From: Minutocellus sp. GHC0000111
Lineage: Eukaryota
DNA: 64,000 bases
Assembly: GCA_977018835.1 (NCBI GenBank)
Contig: OZ361257.1
Coordinates: 434,001 to 498,000 of the forward strand
Direction of reading: 5' to 3'
The notes under the pieces are model-generated. The model had not been told where the DNA came from, made no database searches, and saw only the letters and a program-made list of their open reading frames with translations. The position numbers were made by a program, and so were the translations under genes. Shown here one piece after another: positions 1 through 11,294 of the stretch. The stretch's first letter is position 1; each line of letters starts with the position of its first letter.

Positions 1-416
1 GCAGTTTTCAGCTTCGCTACTTCTGCTGCCAGCTGGTCAATTTCCTCTTTCATCGTCTTATCTTTGATGACCGATAGAACTAGGGGGGCTAGGTCCGACA
101 TCTTGATGGTAGAAAGGATTCCTAATGAAGGCGACAAGTGAATTATTAGAGGAGACCATCCATGTCTTCAATTTATGGTCTGAAAACGTGGAAGAATAAA
201 TCCGGTCGATATCCATCAAGCATACAATGTGCCAAAGTAAAGCCGTTGGGGGGGAATCGATTACTTTGAATCTTTCGAAGTTACACGCTGGGCAGTAATT
301 TGCCATTTTGGTGTACGTGGGCATAGGTTCTGATATGTATTCGTGCCAAGTAGCGCTGTCGATGCGGATAATGTGGAGCTCATTTTTCGATAACTGCCGA
401 GGTTATAAACACAACG

Positions 417-1156
417 ATGAAGATTTCTACTGCCTCGATTGCTTCCATCGCCATTCTGGCATCCAGTGCCGATCTCGTTCTCGCTCGAAATGGCAGAGTT
501 CTGAAGAGCAGCAAGGCTGGTGGCCGTGGCAAGGGTAAGTGGAGCATTCGGCGTGGTTTTGCATCTCTGTATCGAGTCATGGCAAAAGCTCTTAACAAGA
601 TTCTCTACTTCTCATCTTCGTTGCAGGTAGCTCGTCTTCTTCCTGTGGCTCTGGACTCCCGGCCAAGGATTCCATGACGCCAGAGGCCAAGTGCGACGTT
701 TTCCGAGCTTACCATCATTCCGAGGTCTATATCGCCCAGAACGCTGATCGCCGTGCCCTTGCTGCCGACGATGTCGATGCCAAGGCCGCTGCCCGCATCC
801 TCTTTCCTGACACGCCCGTCCTCTGCGACGCCTTTGGCCCTCTGGATCCCTACCTCTGCCCCGGCGGTCCTCGTATTGCCAAGATTTGTACGGAGCCTCG
901 TATTGACAACAATGTGGCCGTGAAGGAACGCTACTGCGAGCCTATCTTTCGTGATATTTGCGATGACGAGGAGCGTGATGAGTGCGTCCGTCGCTGCATC
1001 CAGTACGTTTCGCCTACCCAGGGTGATTGCTGCGGCATTTCCGAGGTGGATTGCGACGACTATCCCCTTGGACCTGGCAGCAGCTCGAGTGGCAAGGGCT
1101 CGAAGAGATCGAAAGGTGGAAAGGGCGGAAAGGGAGGGAAGAGCTCAAAGAGCTAA
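417..1156 (+). CDS. Secreted silaffin/cingulin-like cell-wall protein with Cys-rich core (exons 417-534, 627-1156)
   Basis: Signal peptide MKISTASIASIAILASSA; RVL and RAL (RXL) motifs; KSSK near N-terminus and C-terminal KGSKRSKGGKGGKGGKSSKS; GT-AG intron 535-626 joins the two ORFs in frame. Confidence 0.7.
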
Positions 1157-1392
1157 GTAGAATGGCAGTGATAAGGAGGAAGCTGGCCGAGCGAACATAC
1201 TAGTACCGATAGTTATTTGGATGAAGGAAAGTATAGAAAGAAGTGTCGTTCCCAAATCAAATCAAATTTTAGAAGAGATTATTCTATACCAGCGACAAAA
1301 AATCCTTCAAAAATATATAGGATAGAGAGAGCTCTACACGAAGTGGCATCTTCATCTCCATCGTTTCCCCAATGGCGGCTGCGGAATCCACC

Positions 1393-3902
1393 TTACTCCA
1401 CGGCATCGGTGATACCGGTGGCGGAGACGGCGAACTGAGCATCGGCCTCGGGGAGGGTGGGTGAACTGTTGAGAGAAAGGAGGAGAAAGTTAGAGGAGAA
1501 CCAGACAGTTAGAATATATCTCAATCGACGCAAGATCAGAATTACAACAAAAACACCAAGAAGAAAAGATCTCACTCGAAGATGGTGCTTCAAAGAGAGA
1601 GAGAGAGAGAAGAGTAGAAAGAAGAGAAAGAACAAAGCAAATGGTGAGAGCGAGGTGAAACATTACCAGTACTGCAACCCCGATATATAAACTAAACCAG
1701 TCACCCCACATCCAAGCTCACCAGATGCGATTCTCCCCACGACCCTTGCGCATGCGAAGACGGGTGGTCGAGGCATGGGCAATGATGTTGCCGCCAATCG
1801 GCTTGGTCGAGTCCTTGGCAAAGCTCATACCGTCGGGATTCGCCACGACCTGGTTGGTAATCAAAACGGCGACGCCAAACTCCTCGGCCAGGCGGGTGAG
1901 CTGACGGAGGAACTGGGCCATTTGCATCTGGCGCTCGGAGAGCTCGCCGCGTCCGGAGTAGTCGGTACGAAACAACGCCGTGGCGGAATCGACGACGATG
2001 AGGGCGTAACGGTCCTGGCTGAGGATGGCGGCGGCAACCTTCAAAAGTTCCATCTGATGCTCGCTGTTGTGCGCACGGGCGTAGGCGACGTTCTCCAACG
2101 TGGCGACGGGGTCCATGTTGAATCGCTCGGCAATGGCCTGGAGTCGCTCGGGGCGGAAGGTGCCCTCGGTATCGATGTACATGGCCTTGCCTCCGCTCCA
2201 CCGTCGGTGACGGCCAGCTGGCACGTGACGCACAGAGTGTGGCAGAGCTGGGTCTTGCCGGTACGGAATTCCCCAAAGACCTCGGTGATGGAGCCGGTTT
2301 CGATGCCCCCCTCGAGCAGCTTGTCGAGTTCGACGGCCCCCGTCGACAACTGCAGCATGGCCTTGCGATCCTCGAGGGCGTCGGCGGCCGTCTTGAAGTC
2401 GGATGGGACCATGGCCTTGACGATCTCCTTGATCTTGAGGACCTTGGCCTCGGAGATGCCCTTGACGTCGGACAGCTTGCGGACGGTGGAGTGGGCGATG
2501 GACTCGACGGTGTGGTAGCCGGCATCCTGGAGCTTCTGGAGGTCGTTGGCGTTGACCCCGTGCTCGGTGAGGCAGTCCAGGGTCTGGAAGGAGACTCCGA
2601 CCTGTTGAGGTATTGGTGGAGGGTGGGAAAATGATGGGGTAATGATGATGGGATGATAATGATGTGAGATACGAAGTGATGGCATAATGAACAAGATAGA
2701 GCATCTGTCCGTGATCGTACAGTTTTGAAGTTGGTTGTGCAAAAGGGAAAAGATGATAACCTCCAACGATTGCCCGCCGAGCCACGTAGCTGGATACAGC
2801 TCAATAATACACGCAAAATATGAAAAAAATCTCCCTCGCCGGTCCGCCAACGCAGACACCCTCCACCCGGCCATCGCCACCGATCGCAACTGGTACGATC
2901 GGCCGGTTGGCCATCCGATGGGTTGGTCGATCTCGTCGTCCTATTCGGTCCCATTTGGATTTCGGAAAGAGGGAGGGAGAGAAAGCCGGTATCGTGCCGC
3001 TCCGTCGTCATCTACGTCCATCTTCGTGGCTCACGACCCGTCATCACCACCTGCCGCCGTGCATCGGCGCCGCCGTGCATTGGTACGCCATCGGATGGAT
3101 CGGCCCAATCGCCTTCCTACATTGGGCTGCGTCGATCCGGTCCCATTAGGATCGGCTCGTGTGCGCACATTGTACACCTCGTCGGCGTCGTGTCGGGCAC
3201 ATTCGCCAATCCTGACGGGGGTGGGGTGCCATGCAAACGAAACGGCGAGGCCGACGGTGCCGAGCGAGGGGACGCCCAAGACCAACTAAAGGCCAGCCCA
3301 GACCCGATGCAGCATTCATTATCCGATTCAGCATTTATCGATCCGATGCAACATTGTCCGATGGAGGCACGGGTCACGACCCCCGAACTTAGACCTGACC
3401 TGCCGATGGATTGTTTCCCCTGCACGCAAACGATTCCGTGGCAGAGAGCTGCCGATCCCGACGATTGCAGGTGCATGTACCGACCGAACGAGGGACCGAT
3501 GCTGCCAACCATTCCGCAAGGAGGCAGATTCCGACCGGGTCCGAATGTTTGCCACGAACCGCCCGCGGTGCAAACCAAACCCCACTCAAATGAAAAGGAA
3601 AAAATGGCAGGCCGAACGGGACCCGCGCATCAATCAACCATCGGTATCACAGCGCAGTCCCCGATCCGATCTCCTCCCCTCCTCCCATCGTCCCCGATCC
3701 CTCCCGCCCCGCCCCCCCCACCGAGGAAACCAAGAGAAAATTGCCAAACGACGGCCCAGTCCAAAATAAATTCAAACCATCGATTGCAAATCCAATACCG
3801 TCCGAGGCAAAATGCAGAACGCACCATCTCCTCCTCCTCGTAGCCTTCTTGGCCCTCCATCTGGGGCTGCTGCTGCTGCTCCTGCATCATCATCTCGGCC
3901 AT
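1393..3902 (-). CDS. RAD51: DNA repair recombinase RAD51 (exons 3902-3825, 2601-1722, 1587-1576, 1465-1393; apparent 1-nt frameshift near 2190)
   Basis: [20 protein letters not shown] (Walker A), [55 protein letters not shown]-terminal [13 protein letters not shown]; all introns GT-AG. Confidence 0.95.
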
Positions 3903-4634
3903 GGTTATGCTTTGCTCTGTCTTGCTTTGCTTTTCCTTGCTTCAACTGCGGTAAACTGAGTGCAGACGCCCCTGCGTCGGTGGCACCTTTTTCAAAGAAG
4001 TGACGGGCCACGCAGTGGTTTGCCAGTGCTATTTATCTTGGACGACTTGGCAAGTGAAAAGCTAGAAGCCACGCGAGTCGGGAACGCCACCTTTGGGAAG
4101 GCTGGCTCGCGCGCCGTGTTTTGAGGCATCACGCCGAATTGGGGGGAAGGTGCAGAGTGGGGGACTTTCATCTTAGGGAGAGAAAGAGTACGGGCGCCGG
4201 AGGCTGTGTTCGGGCCTCGAGCTGGCCTTGCGAAGCAAGAAGGCAAAGCCAGGCAGAACGATGTGATGGCAATCCATGGCAATGAATGGCAGGGCCTCAA
4301 TCTTGCGAATGGCAGGGCCTCAACCCTGTAGACTCCTCTGCAACTCTCTCTTCCCTGGTACACGTAGGAAATCAAATCCATATTTTGCTTTGCCACTCGG
4401 TCGTTTTTTTAATTGAAAAAAAATAACGCGCCAGTTAGTTGTGGCCAGGCAGAACAGGAGCACATACCTACCTCGCAACTGTTACGTAGCAACACATCGT
4501 CCAATCCCGTCGGTGCCAGGCAAGCAAGGCCAGTGCCAAGCAAGCAAAGCCATTGAGACGATTCCATTCCATTCCGCGCAAGCGAAGGGCAAAACCAAAA
4601 TTAATTGCGGCCGGAAGCAATCCCCAAAAAAGCC

Positions 4635-5684
4635 ATGGGCTCCCCGGCCGACGGCAACTCGACGTTGCCCTCGATGCCCTTTTGCGACTCCGCCATGTCC
4701 ATGACGATGTACATGGACGGCTTCCGCTCGTCCCTGTTTGCCTATTTGTTCACACCCACCCCATCTCCACCCCCTCCCGCCGGCGGTGCCGACAATATGG
4801 ACGGCAACATGGACAGCGATGATTTATCATTGCCGTGCCTCAATTTTTTTCTGAAAAGATGGACTTTGGACACACCCGCCAAGTTTGTGGGTGCCATGAT
4901 CGCGATGATACTACTGGGCATAACGGCCGAGGGGTTGGCGGCGGCACGAAGTGGCGGTTGGATCCCAAGCTGGGCGCATCGATTGGCACGTCAGTGCTGT
5001 TCCTGTTGGTCATGTTGTTGCTCGTCGAATGCACGTGGTGGTGGTGGTCGGTCGTTGACCAATCGGAGGGGGAGGCAATTTTCCAAAAGTCAGCGATGGT
5101 TCGTAAAAATGTGCATAATTTCAACCCACATTGTTCAAGCCTTGGTCGGGTACGTACTCATGCTGGCCGCCATGTCGTACAGCCTGGAGTTATTGGGGAG
5201 CGTGCTGCTTGGATTGGGGATCGGCTACGCCACCTTCTTCGATTTGGACGACAAGGATGGCCATACTAGCAACGATGGGTATGACGAGGTCGGTCAGGAG
5301 GATGACGAGGACGACGATCCTGCCAACGACGGAACCACCACCACCACCGCGGCAAGGGGTGGTGGGAATGGGCATCGCACCGGCAACGGCAACACGGCTG
5401 TAGGAGGAGTGGGCACGTCCTCGACGTCGTGCTGCGACGTGGCCGGGCGGGGTCCGCCTCGCAGGGCCTTTCAGTTTTTGCGGAGCCCGGTGCCCACGCT
5501 GGCGGGGGCGGGGATAAATCGTCGGATGTCTCCTCGTAATAGAGGCACGAGCGATGGAAATGATGGCGATGCCGACGAAGCAAATGCTGCTACTAGTATG
5601 GCAATAATGCACGGCGGGAGTCACGGGGACGGCGCCGACAACCTGAGTTTGCACGAGGACGACAAGATGACCCCGCTGCTGTAA
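4635..5684 (+). CDS. Ctr-family copper transporter
   Basis: Met-rich N-terminal MSMTMYMDGF, hydrophobic helices, MLAAM (MxxxM) followed by GxxxG-containing helix (LLGLGIGY). Confidence 0.85.
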   Translation: MGSPADGNSTLPSMPFCDSAMSMTMYMDGFRSSLFAYLFTPTPSPPPPAGGADNMDGNMDSDDLSLPCLNFFLKRWTLDTPAKFVGAMIAMILLGITAEGLAAARSGGWIPSWAHRLARQCCSCWSCCCSSNARGGGGRSLTNRRGRQFSKSQRWFVKMCIISTHIVQALVGYVLMLAAMSYSLELLGSVLLGLGIGYATFFDLDDKDGHTSNDGYDEVGQEDDEDDDPANDGTTTTTAARGGGNGHRTGNGNTAVGGVGTSSTSCCDVAGRGPPRRAFQFLRSPVPTLAGAGINRRMSPRNRGTSDGNDGDADEANAATSMAIMHGGSHGDGADNLSLHEDDKMTPLL

Positions 5685-5885
5685 ATGAAAATGTACCTGC
5701 TCTAGACTAGCTGGAACTTCTGTTCAGAAGAATTTGGCCGGGTAGATCTATGCTAACTAGTAGACTACCATGGTACTTGAGAGAGCACACACATGTGTGT
5801 AAGCTGTGCTAGTATATTGTAAATAATAGAGTTCTAATAAAATAAGTCATGAGCAGAGATTATGGCTACGCCGCTGGGCTACCTC

Positions 5886-7841
5886 CTAATGAGGACTACC
5901 AACCTGCTGCTGCTGCTGCTCACCATCATCACCATCCGAAGCCGGACTCTGCGGAAGACCCTCGTGCTCCCTTCGCCTCCTTCTCCTGCTGCTGCTGTTG
6001 CCCTCACCAACGATGCCATTGTATAATGTATTGGGACTGCTCACCACAGCATCCTCTGGGGGCACCAACCCCGAACGAGACCTCGACGTACCTTCCTGAA
6101 CGATGCGATTGTCTCGACTGATGCTACGACGGCACGATCGTGAACCAGCCGGAGGCATCTCCAGCTGCATCGTCTCGTTGGACATGAGGTCGGTATCCCG
6201 AACGTCCAACAGAGCATTGTCGGCCGATACCGCCGAGATGCCCGTCAGAGCATTGTTGGAGACGTTGCAATCTCGCAAATTGGCCGTGCCCTGCTCGAGA
6301 CACACCCCGGAATGGCCTCGGGTGATGCCCCGCCGGGTGTTGCGCTTGTTGCCGTAGCCGTTTTGGACGACGTCGGTGCCACGAATGATGGCCCTGCTGG
6401 ACGGACCGCCGATGTAGATGCCGGTGGCGGCGCAGTGATGGACGTGGGAGTTGGTAACTGTAGCTCTGCCTCCGTCAATGGTTACCAATCCTCGAGCCGA
6501 GGGTCCATCGACCGTCTCGATGGTCACCTCGGCCCTGCCCAGGGCATGCACCACCAGCGCCTCCTTGAGCACATACGTCTTGGGCTTGAGCAACACCCGC
6601 AGACTGCGCTGGTGCTGCGGCACCGTCGGATGTCGGTTGCTACCATCCTCTGCATCCATGGCACAGACATCGGCCTTGTACATGGCCCGTTGGATGGTGT
6701 CGTAGTCCACCGGCACCAACGGATTGTCGCGGTAGTGCTGCAACCACGTCACCGTGGGTTGGAGGGGCGGATCGATTCCAGGACGATACTTGCGCGTGTC
6801 CTCGCAGGCCGTCTGCCACACCGTTTCCGACAGGCACATGCGTCGCCACGATTTGGAGGCGAGAGAGAGGGCGGCGATGCGTCGCGATCCGTCGAACGAC
6901 AGCACCCGAGGGAGGATATCGTCCGGTGCCAAATCGTGCAGCCATTCGAGGATGTTGGACGGATCGGCAAACTTGGATTGGACCGTGGTGGGGGGCGGGA
7001 GACCGTTGGGCTTGGACGACTTCTTGAGGGTGAGAATGGGGGACGATGTCAGAAGGGACGACGAGGTCTCTTGGACGGGGTAGATGGTATGTGATGATGA
7101 AGACAAAGGCGAAGGAGGTTCGTTGTCCTCGTTGTCATCGTCAGACTTGCCACTCATCTCGCCGTTGCTGGTGGCAATAGGTTGAGGCATAACCTGCAAC
7201 AGACGGGATCGGCCTGCACCGACCCTCGGAGTGGACGGGCTCGACTGAGATGGGGCAGGAGAGGCGGCGGCAATGCCGGCCGACAGCGTCAGACCTGAGC
7301 CTTGAGCGCCAACTGTAGAGCTGCCACTACTGGTGGCGGCGCTGTTGCCGCTCATCCGGCCGAGGATCTTGCGCCGCGGAGAATCGAGGAGCCGAAGGAC
7401 ACGACGCTTGGCGCTGCTGCTGTTGCTGTCGTCACCGACAGACTTCTTGGCACGGGTCGAACGGCTGTCTGGAGTTGTACCGCCACTGGCGATATCGTTC
7501 TGATGCGATGATGCAGACGCCACTGCCGAAATGTTACCAAACGTCGATGCAATGTTCTCTTCCACGCTGCTGTCCAAATTGCCCGAGTCGGTGTTGCCGA
7601 TACCTGTATCCACGGCTTCAACTTCAACTCCAAATGCCGGACTGCCAGAACTGGAAGCCGTATTCCCAGCGAACTGGTTGATGCTCGACTCGATCTGGTA
7701 GTACGGTGCCTCGTCGGCCGGTCGGGTGGAAGCTGCAGTAGATGCAGCTGTAGCAATGTCTCTATTGCGACTGGTGTGCGATGCGATTGCAGTACTGTGA
7801 GCGGCGGCACGCTGCGCTCGGGTGAGACGAAAGTGGACCAT
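5886..7841 (-). CDS. F-box protein with right-handed beta-helix repeats (FBXO11-like architecture)
   Basis: F-box-like APDDILPRVLSF..LSLASKSWRRMCLSETVWQTAC; VPVDYDTIQRA and beta-helix repeats (TGIYIGG, SGVCLEQG, NNALTGIS); Ser-rich N-terminus. Confidence 0.75.
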   Translation of the reverse strand: MVHFRLTRAQRAAAHSTAIASHTSRNRDIATAASTAASTRPADEAPYYQIESSINQFAGNTASSSGSPAFGVEVEAVDTGIGNTDSGNLDSSVEENIASTFGNISAVASASSHQNDIASGGTTPDSRSTRAKKSVGDDSNSSSAKRRVLRLLDSPRRKILGRMSGNSAATSSGSSTVGAQGSGLTLSAGIAAASPAPSQSSPSTPRVGAGRSRLLQVMPQPIATSNGEMSGKSDDDNEDNEPPSPLSSSSHTIYPVQETSSSLLTSSPILTLKKSSKPNGLPPPTTVQSKFADPSNILEWLHDLAPDDILPRVLSFDGSRRIAALSLASKSWRRMCLSETVWQTACEDTRKYRPGIDPPLQPTVTWLQHYRDNPLVPVDYDTIQRAMYKADVCAMDAEDGSNRHPTVPQHQRSLRVLLKPKTYVLKEALVVHALGRAEVTIETVDGPSARGLVTIDGGRATVTNSHVHHCAATGIYIGGPSSRAIIRGTDVVQNGYGNKRNTRRGITRGHSGVCLEQGTANLRDCNVSNNALTGISAVSADNALLDVRDTDLMSNETMQLEMPPAGSRSCRRSISRDNRIVQEGTSRSRSGLVPPEDAVVSSPNTLYNGIVGEGNSSSRRRRRREHEGLPQSPASDGDDGEQQQQQVGSPH

Positions 7842-8522
7842 GATTGATTCGATGTTCTGCTTTGTGACTCCGCTTCTGACTCAGTTCGATAGAATAAGAG
7901 TATAGAGCAACGTTGCGATTGTTCCACGCTATCAGAGTCTTTGGCGATTGTATGTGCTTTGGAGAAAGTTCTTCTTCTTCTTCTTCTTGTCTCTCGGAGT
8001 TTTGACTTGAGAAAGCGAACGCGAACCCGCACGAGAAAGTTCTGTGGTGTAAATCGAAACGTGGCACGCGATGCGCTCGAAAGTAATTACAAAGATACGG
8101 CTGGAAACAATGCAATTAAGAAGTTGAATGGAATGGAATTCTTTGCTTGCGAGTGGAATGGAATGGAACTTCACCTCAAAGTCCTTCTTGCTTCGTTCGC
8201 TTCCGTGCGTCTTGGAAAAGAGATCAATGAGCGGTCTGGCGCGGCACTTGGAGTTTTTGGCGGGTTGGAGGTGACACCGATCGAGCGAGTCGTCAAAGAT
8301 GACAGGAAGATGCGTCAAATACACGTCAGGGAAATGAGATATTTATTATTTCCGTTGAGATGTTGAGATCGGCCGCCGCCGACCGGCGCCCGGCCGGAGC
8401 GCGGTTTGCACCAAGATGACGAGGCAGCCCGCTGCCCAGCCTTCCCTCATGCCCTGCAGTAAGAGAAGCAAGGTGAACCACCATCAACCTCAAGGCCCAT
8501 AATCGCTTTCACTTGGTATGCC

Positions 8523-8724
8523 GCTGCAACGAAATCTTATCTTCGCGCTGTTGTGCGTCCTACCGGTACCATCCAGTATCTTTGCCGATGCCCGGCGGCT
8601 ACTTTCACATGCTTCCTCGTCATGCTGCAACGAAATCTTATCTTCGCGCTGTTGTGCGTCCTACCGGTACCATCCAGTATCTTTGCCGATGCCCGGCGGC
8701 TACTTTCACATGCTTCCTCGTCAT
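8523..8724 (+). repeat. Exact 101-bp tandem duplication (2 copies) covering a signal-peptide coding region
   Basis: 8523-8623 is identical to 8624-8724 (gctgcaacgaaatc...cttcctcgtcat). Confidence 0.95.
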
Positions 8725-9695
8725 CGGATGATTCCGCCTTTTGGACCAGACAGCTCGGAACCTCCTATCCACCGACCTCGTCTTCCACCGACACTAGTCG
8801 GCGACTGCAACGGGCCGACAAGCAACATCCACTGCAACGAAAGAACATCGATTTGTTCCTCCAACAATCGACCAACGAGGTATGCGCCGCGTCGCAATCC
8901 AATACCGCAACTCCCATCCTACTATTGCACGGCCTCACCTACTCTTCCCACGAGTTTGACGTTCAACACGAAAATTACAGCCTCGTAAATACATTACTAC
9001 GCGAATGCAAGACTGTATGGTCCCTCGACATTGCCGGATATGGCCGATCGGCGCCAGTATCGGACGGATTCCAACCCGACACCAATTATGCCGCCGACGA
9101 CATACGTGCGGCGGTCCAACACATCACAAGTCTTACGGATCAGACGAATGAGATAGATTTGCTCGGTTGGAGCTGGGGTACAAATACCGCCACGCGGTAC
9201 ATCGAAAATTATCCCGACGATCACGATGTGCGAAGGATGGTGCTGTACGCGCCGCTGATCAACGCCTTTGATGGCAACCCAGCCGAGTTGGATGCCTTCC
9301 ATGCCAACAATTGGGACCATGCCGCGTCGGACTTTCAAGTTGACGCCGATGGAAATATTGACTATACCATTGCAGAACCACCAGTGGTCCACGAGCTCCT
9401 ATCCAACTGCTGGCGGTACGACCAAAACTCGTCACCCAACGGAGGACGGCGGGACCTGCTAGCGGGGAGCGACGTGCAGCTGTTCGATCCATCGCAACTA
9501 GACGTGCCGGTGCTCATGATTGGTGGAAGTGAGGATCCCCTGCTGTATTTGGATTTGTTAAAGAAGGGATTTGATCAGCTGCCGCGGAGAGATGAGTCCA
9601 AGTTGGTCATTATAGAGGGAGCAAGTCACATAATGATGTTGGAGAAGGCATGTCATGAACAGTTTCAGGATGCCGTGGTGGATTTCTTAGCATAA
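8622..9695 (+). CDS. Secreted alpha/beta-fold hydrolase
   Basis: PILLLHG, WSLDIAGYGRS, nucleophile elbow GWSWG, PVLMIGGSED, IEGASHIM; signal peptide MLQRNLIFALLCVL; intronless. Confidence 0.85.
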   Translation: MLQRNLIFALLCVLPVPSSIFADARRLLSHASSSSDDSAFWTRQLGTSYPPTSSSTDTSRRLQRADKQHPLQRKNIDLFLQQSTNEVCAASQSNTATPILLLHGLTYSSHEFDVQHENYSLVNTLLRECKTVWSLDIAGYGRSAPVSDGFQPDTNYAADDIRAAVQHITSLTDQTNEIDLLGWSWGTNTATRYIENYPDDHDVRRMVLYAPLINAFDGNPAELDAFHANNWDHAASDFQVDADGNIDYTIAEPPVVHELLSNCWRYDQNSSPNGGRRDLLAGSDVQLFDPSQLDVPVLMIGGSEDPLLYLDLLKKGFDQLPRRDESKLVIIEGASHIMMLEKACHEQFQDAVVDFLA

Positions 9696-9740
9696 ACGCC
9701 ACTGAATTATTCCTTCTAAACTTAGAAATGAGTTGTGCAC

Positions 9741-11294
9741 CTACTGTCCTCGGCCTCCAAGTATAAAAGTACCAAGCACAGATGCCGCAACGACTGGAAT
9801 ACCACACAAACAAATCTTCTTCATAACTCCCGCAGTATCAACCGTTCGCACCATGCCAGTCTCCCTTTCGAAATGATCTCGCATGATGCCATCGTTGACC
9901 TTGCGAACGCGTGCAATAACGCCGAGCTTGCTCATGCGATAATACGCCTCACTCAAACGCATGCCCTTGGACACCTCCAACATGGGGTCGGGATCGACGA
10001 GCCACGGCATAAGACCATTCAGCGTGCGACGAATGTTCTGTCGAAGCATGAGCGTCAGCTGCTGCTTGGCACTCAAACTAAAGGTGTAGAACGACAGATC
10101 GGTAAGGGTCTGTCCCTCCTTGACTCGTTCTGCCGAGAATTTGGGCAGTACCACCGACCAATCGTCCTTGTTCTCGTTGAGAAGACGGTTGAGGGCGGCC
10201 GCATCCGCAAGAGCCGTGTTCATGCCCTGGCCGATCTGGGGCGAAGTGGCGTGGGCTGCATCGCCCAAAAGTAGAGCACTGAGGGCCTCGCTGTGATAGA
10301 AATTGCAGTGAACCTGCGAGATAGTATTCCATCCCTGTGAAACCCATTGACGCCCAGCCTCGTCGGCATCAACATCAAACGCATGCCAATGCTTGCGAAA
10401 GTAGTCCGCCACGACCGTGGCATCGTCCGACTTGAGCTCGGGTGCACATTCCTTATTCATCGCTGTGCCGAGCGCCACGTTCAACTTATTGCCAGTCTTG
10501 GGCAGGGTAAAGCTACCAAAATTGGGCAACGCCTCGTTGACAAACATGAAGGTTCCGGGATCCATACCCTCGGGCAATGCCACGTGGACCGACTTGCCGT
10601 AGCCAAAGGTACCGCGAAGGTCGAACTCGAAATCGCGATGCTTGGTGAGAAAGGCATTCCGGACGATGCTCCGGATTCCGTCGCATCCCAGCAAAATATC
10701 GTAGGCGATGGTGATATCGTTGGTGGGCGCATTGGTATCATCACCACCCTTCTTTTGTCGAGCCATCACGCACTTGTTGTCGCCATCGACAAACAAAGCG
10801 CGGGTGTGATAATGCGACACAAACATGTCGTCGTCACCATGCTGCTCGTTCAGATACCTCGAAAGTGCCGCACAAATATGGTTTCGATCGACCGTAAATG
10901 CCGAATCCTCCGGCAATATATCCTTGGCATTGAGCTCAAACTTGAGCTTCTTGGAAAGACCAAACACAGCCTTGGTAATGTCGATGCCGAGGCCGTGGAT
11001 GTAGTTCTCGTACAAGTTGGGGACCTCCCGGATGGCCGACAGGCCGTGCGAGGACAGACCAATCATCCATGATCGAGCTCGGTTGAGTCCGTCGGCGTCG
11101 AGCTTGCCGTAGTCGGTGCCGGGATCGACCAGCGTGACGCGATATTTTGGTGCACTGGGGCTGGAATTGACGTTGGCATTGCGTCGTAGGAGCAAGATGG
11201 CGGCGAGAAGACCGGCCGGGCCGGCGCCGCAGATGACGACGTTGTGGGTCGTGGGATTTGCGGAGCGAGAGTTTGATGCGGTTGGCTGGCACAT
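9741..11294 (-). CDS. FAD-dependent monooxygenase, kynurenine 3-monooxygenase-like
   Basis: VVICGAGPAGLLAA, YDILLGCDGIRSIVR, LLLGDAAHATSPQIGQGMNTALAD; C-terminal hydrophobic segment. Confidence 0.9.
   Translation of the reverse strand: MCQPTASNSRSANPTTHNVVICGAGPAGLLAAILLLRRNANVNSSPSAPKYRVTLVDPGTDYGKLDADGLNRARSWMIGLSSHGLSAIREVPNLYENYIHGLGIDITKAVFGLSKKLKFELNAKDILPEDSAFTVDRNHICAALSRYLNEQHGDDDMFVSHYHTRALFVDGDNKCVMARQKKGGDDTNAPTNDITIAYDILLGCDGIRSIVRNAFLTKHRDFEFDLRGTFGYGKSVHVALPEGMDPGTFMFVNEALPNFGSFTLPKTGNKLNVALGTAMNKECAPELKSDDATVVADYFRKHWHAFDVDADEAGRQWVSQGWNTISQVHCNFYHSEALSALLLGDAAHATSPQIGQGMNTALADAAALNRLLNENKDDWSVVLPKFSAERVKEGQTLTDLSFYTFSLSAKQQLTLMLRQNIRRTLNGLMPWLVDPDPMLEVSKGMRLSEAYYRMSKLGVIARVRKVNDGIMRDHFERETGMVRTVDTAGVMKKICLCGIPVVAASVLGTFILGGRGQ

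Noticed and set aside
1..324. Minus-strand gene start (CPAC motif, possible frameshift)
   Set aside because: Truncated by the window edge and without recognisable homology
2185..2200. Programmed frameshift or RAD51 pseudogene
   Set aside because: No slippery heptamer; the rest of the gene is intact and similar indels recur across the window
2735..3843. Plus-strand ORFs of 184 and 306 aa
   Set aside because: They lie antisense within RAD51 intron 1, show no domain, and are explained by GC richness
4284..4323. 17-bp direct repeat (gaatggcagggcctcaa x2) between RAD51 and Ctr as a copper-response element
   Set aside because: The repeat is real but nothing in the sequence links it to copper regulation
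8622..9695. Recent bacterial horizontal transfer of the hydrolase
   Set aside because: Lack of introns is common here; a phylogeny is needed and could not be run
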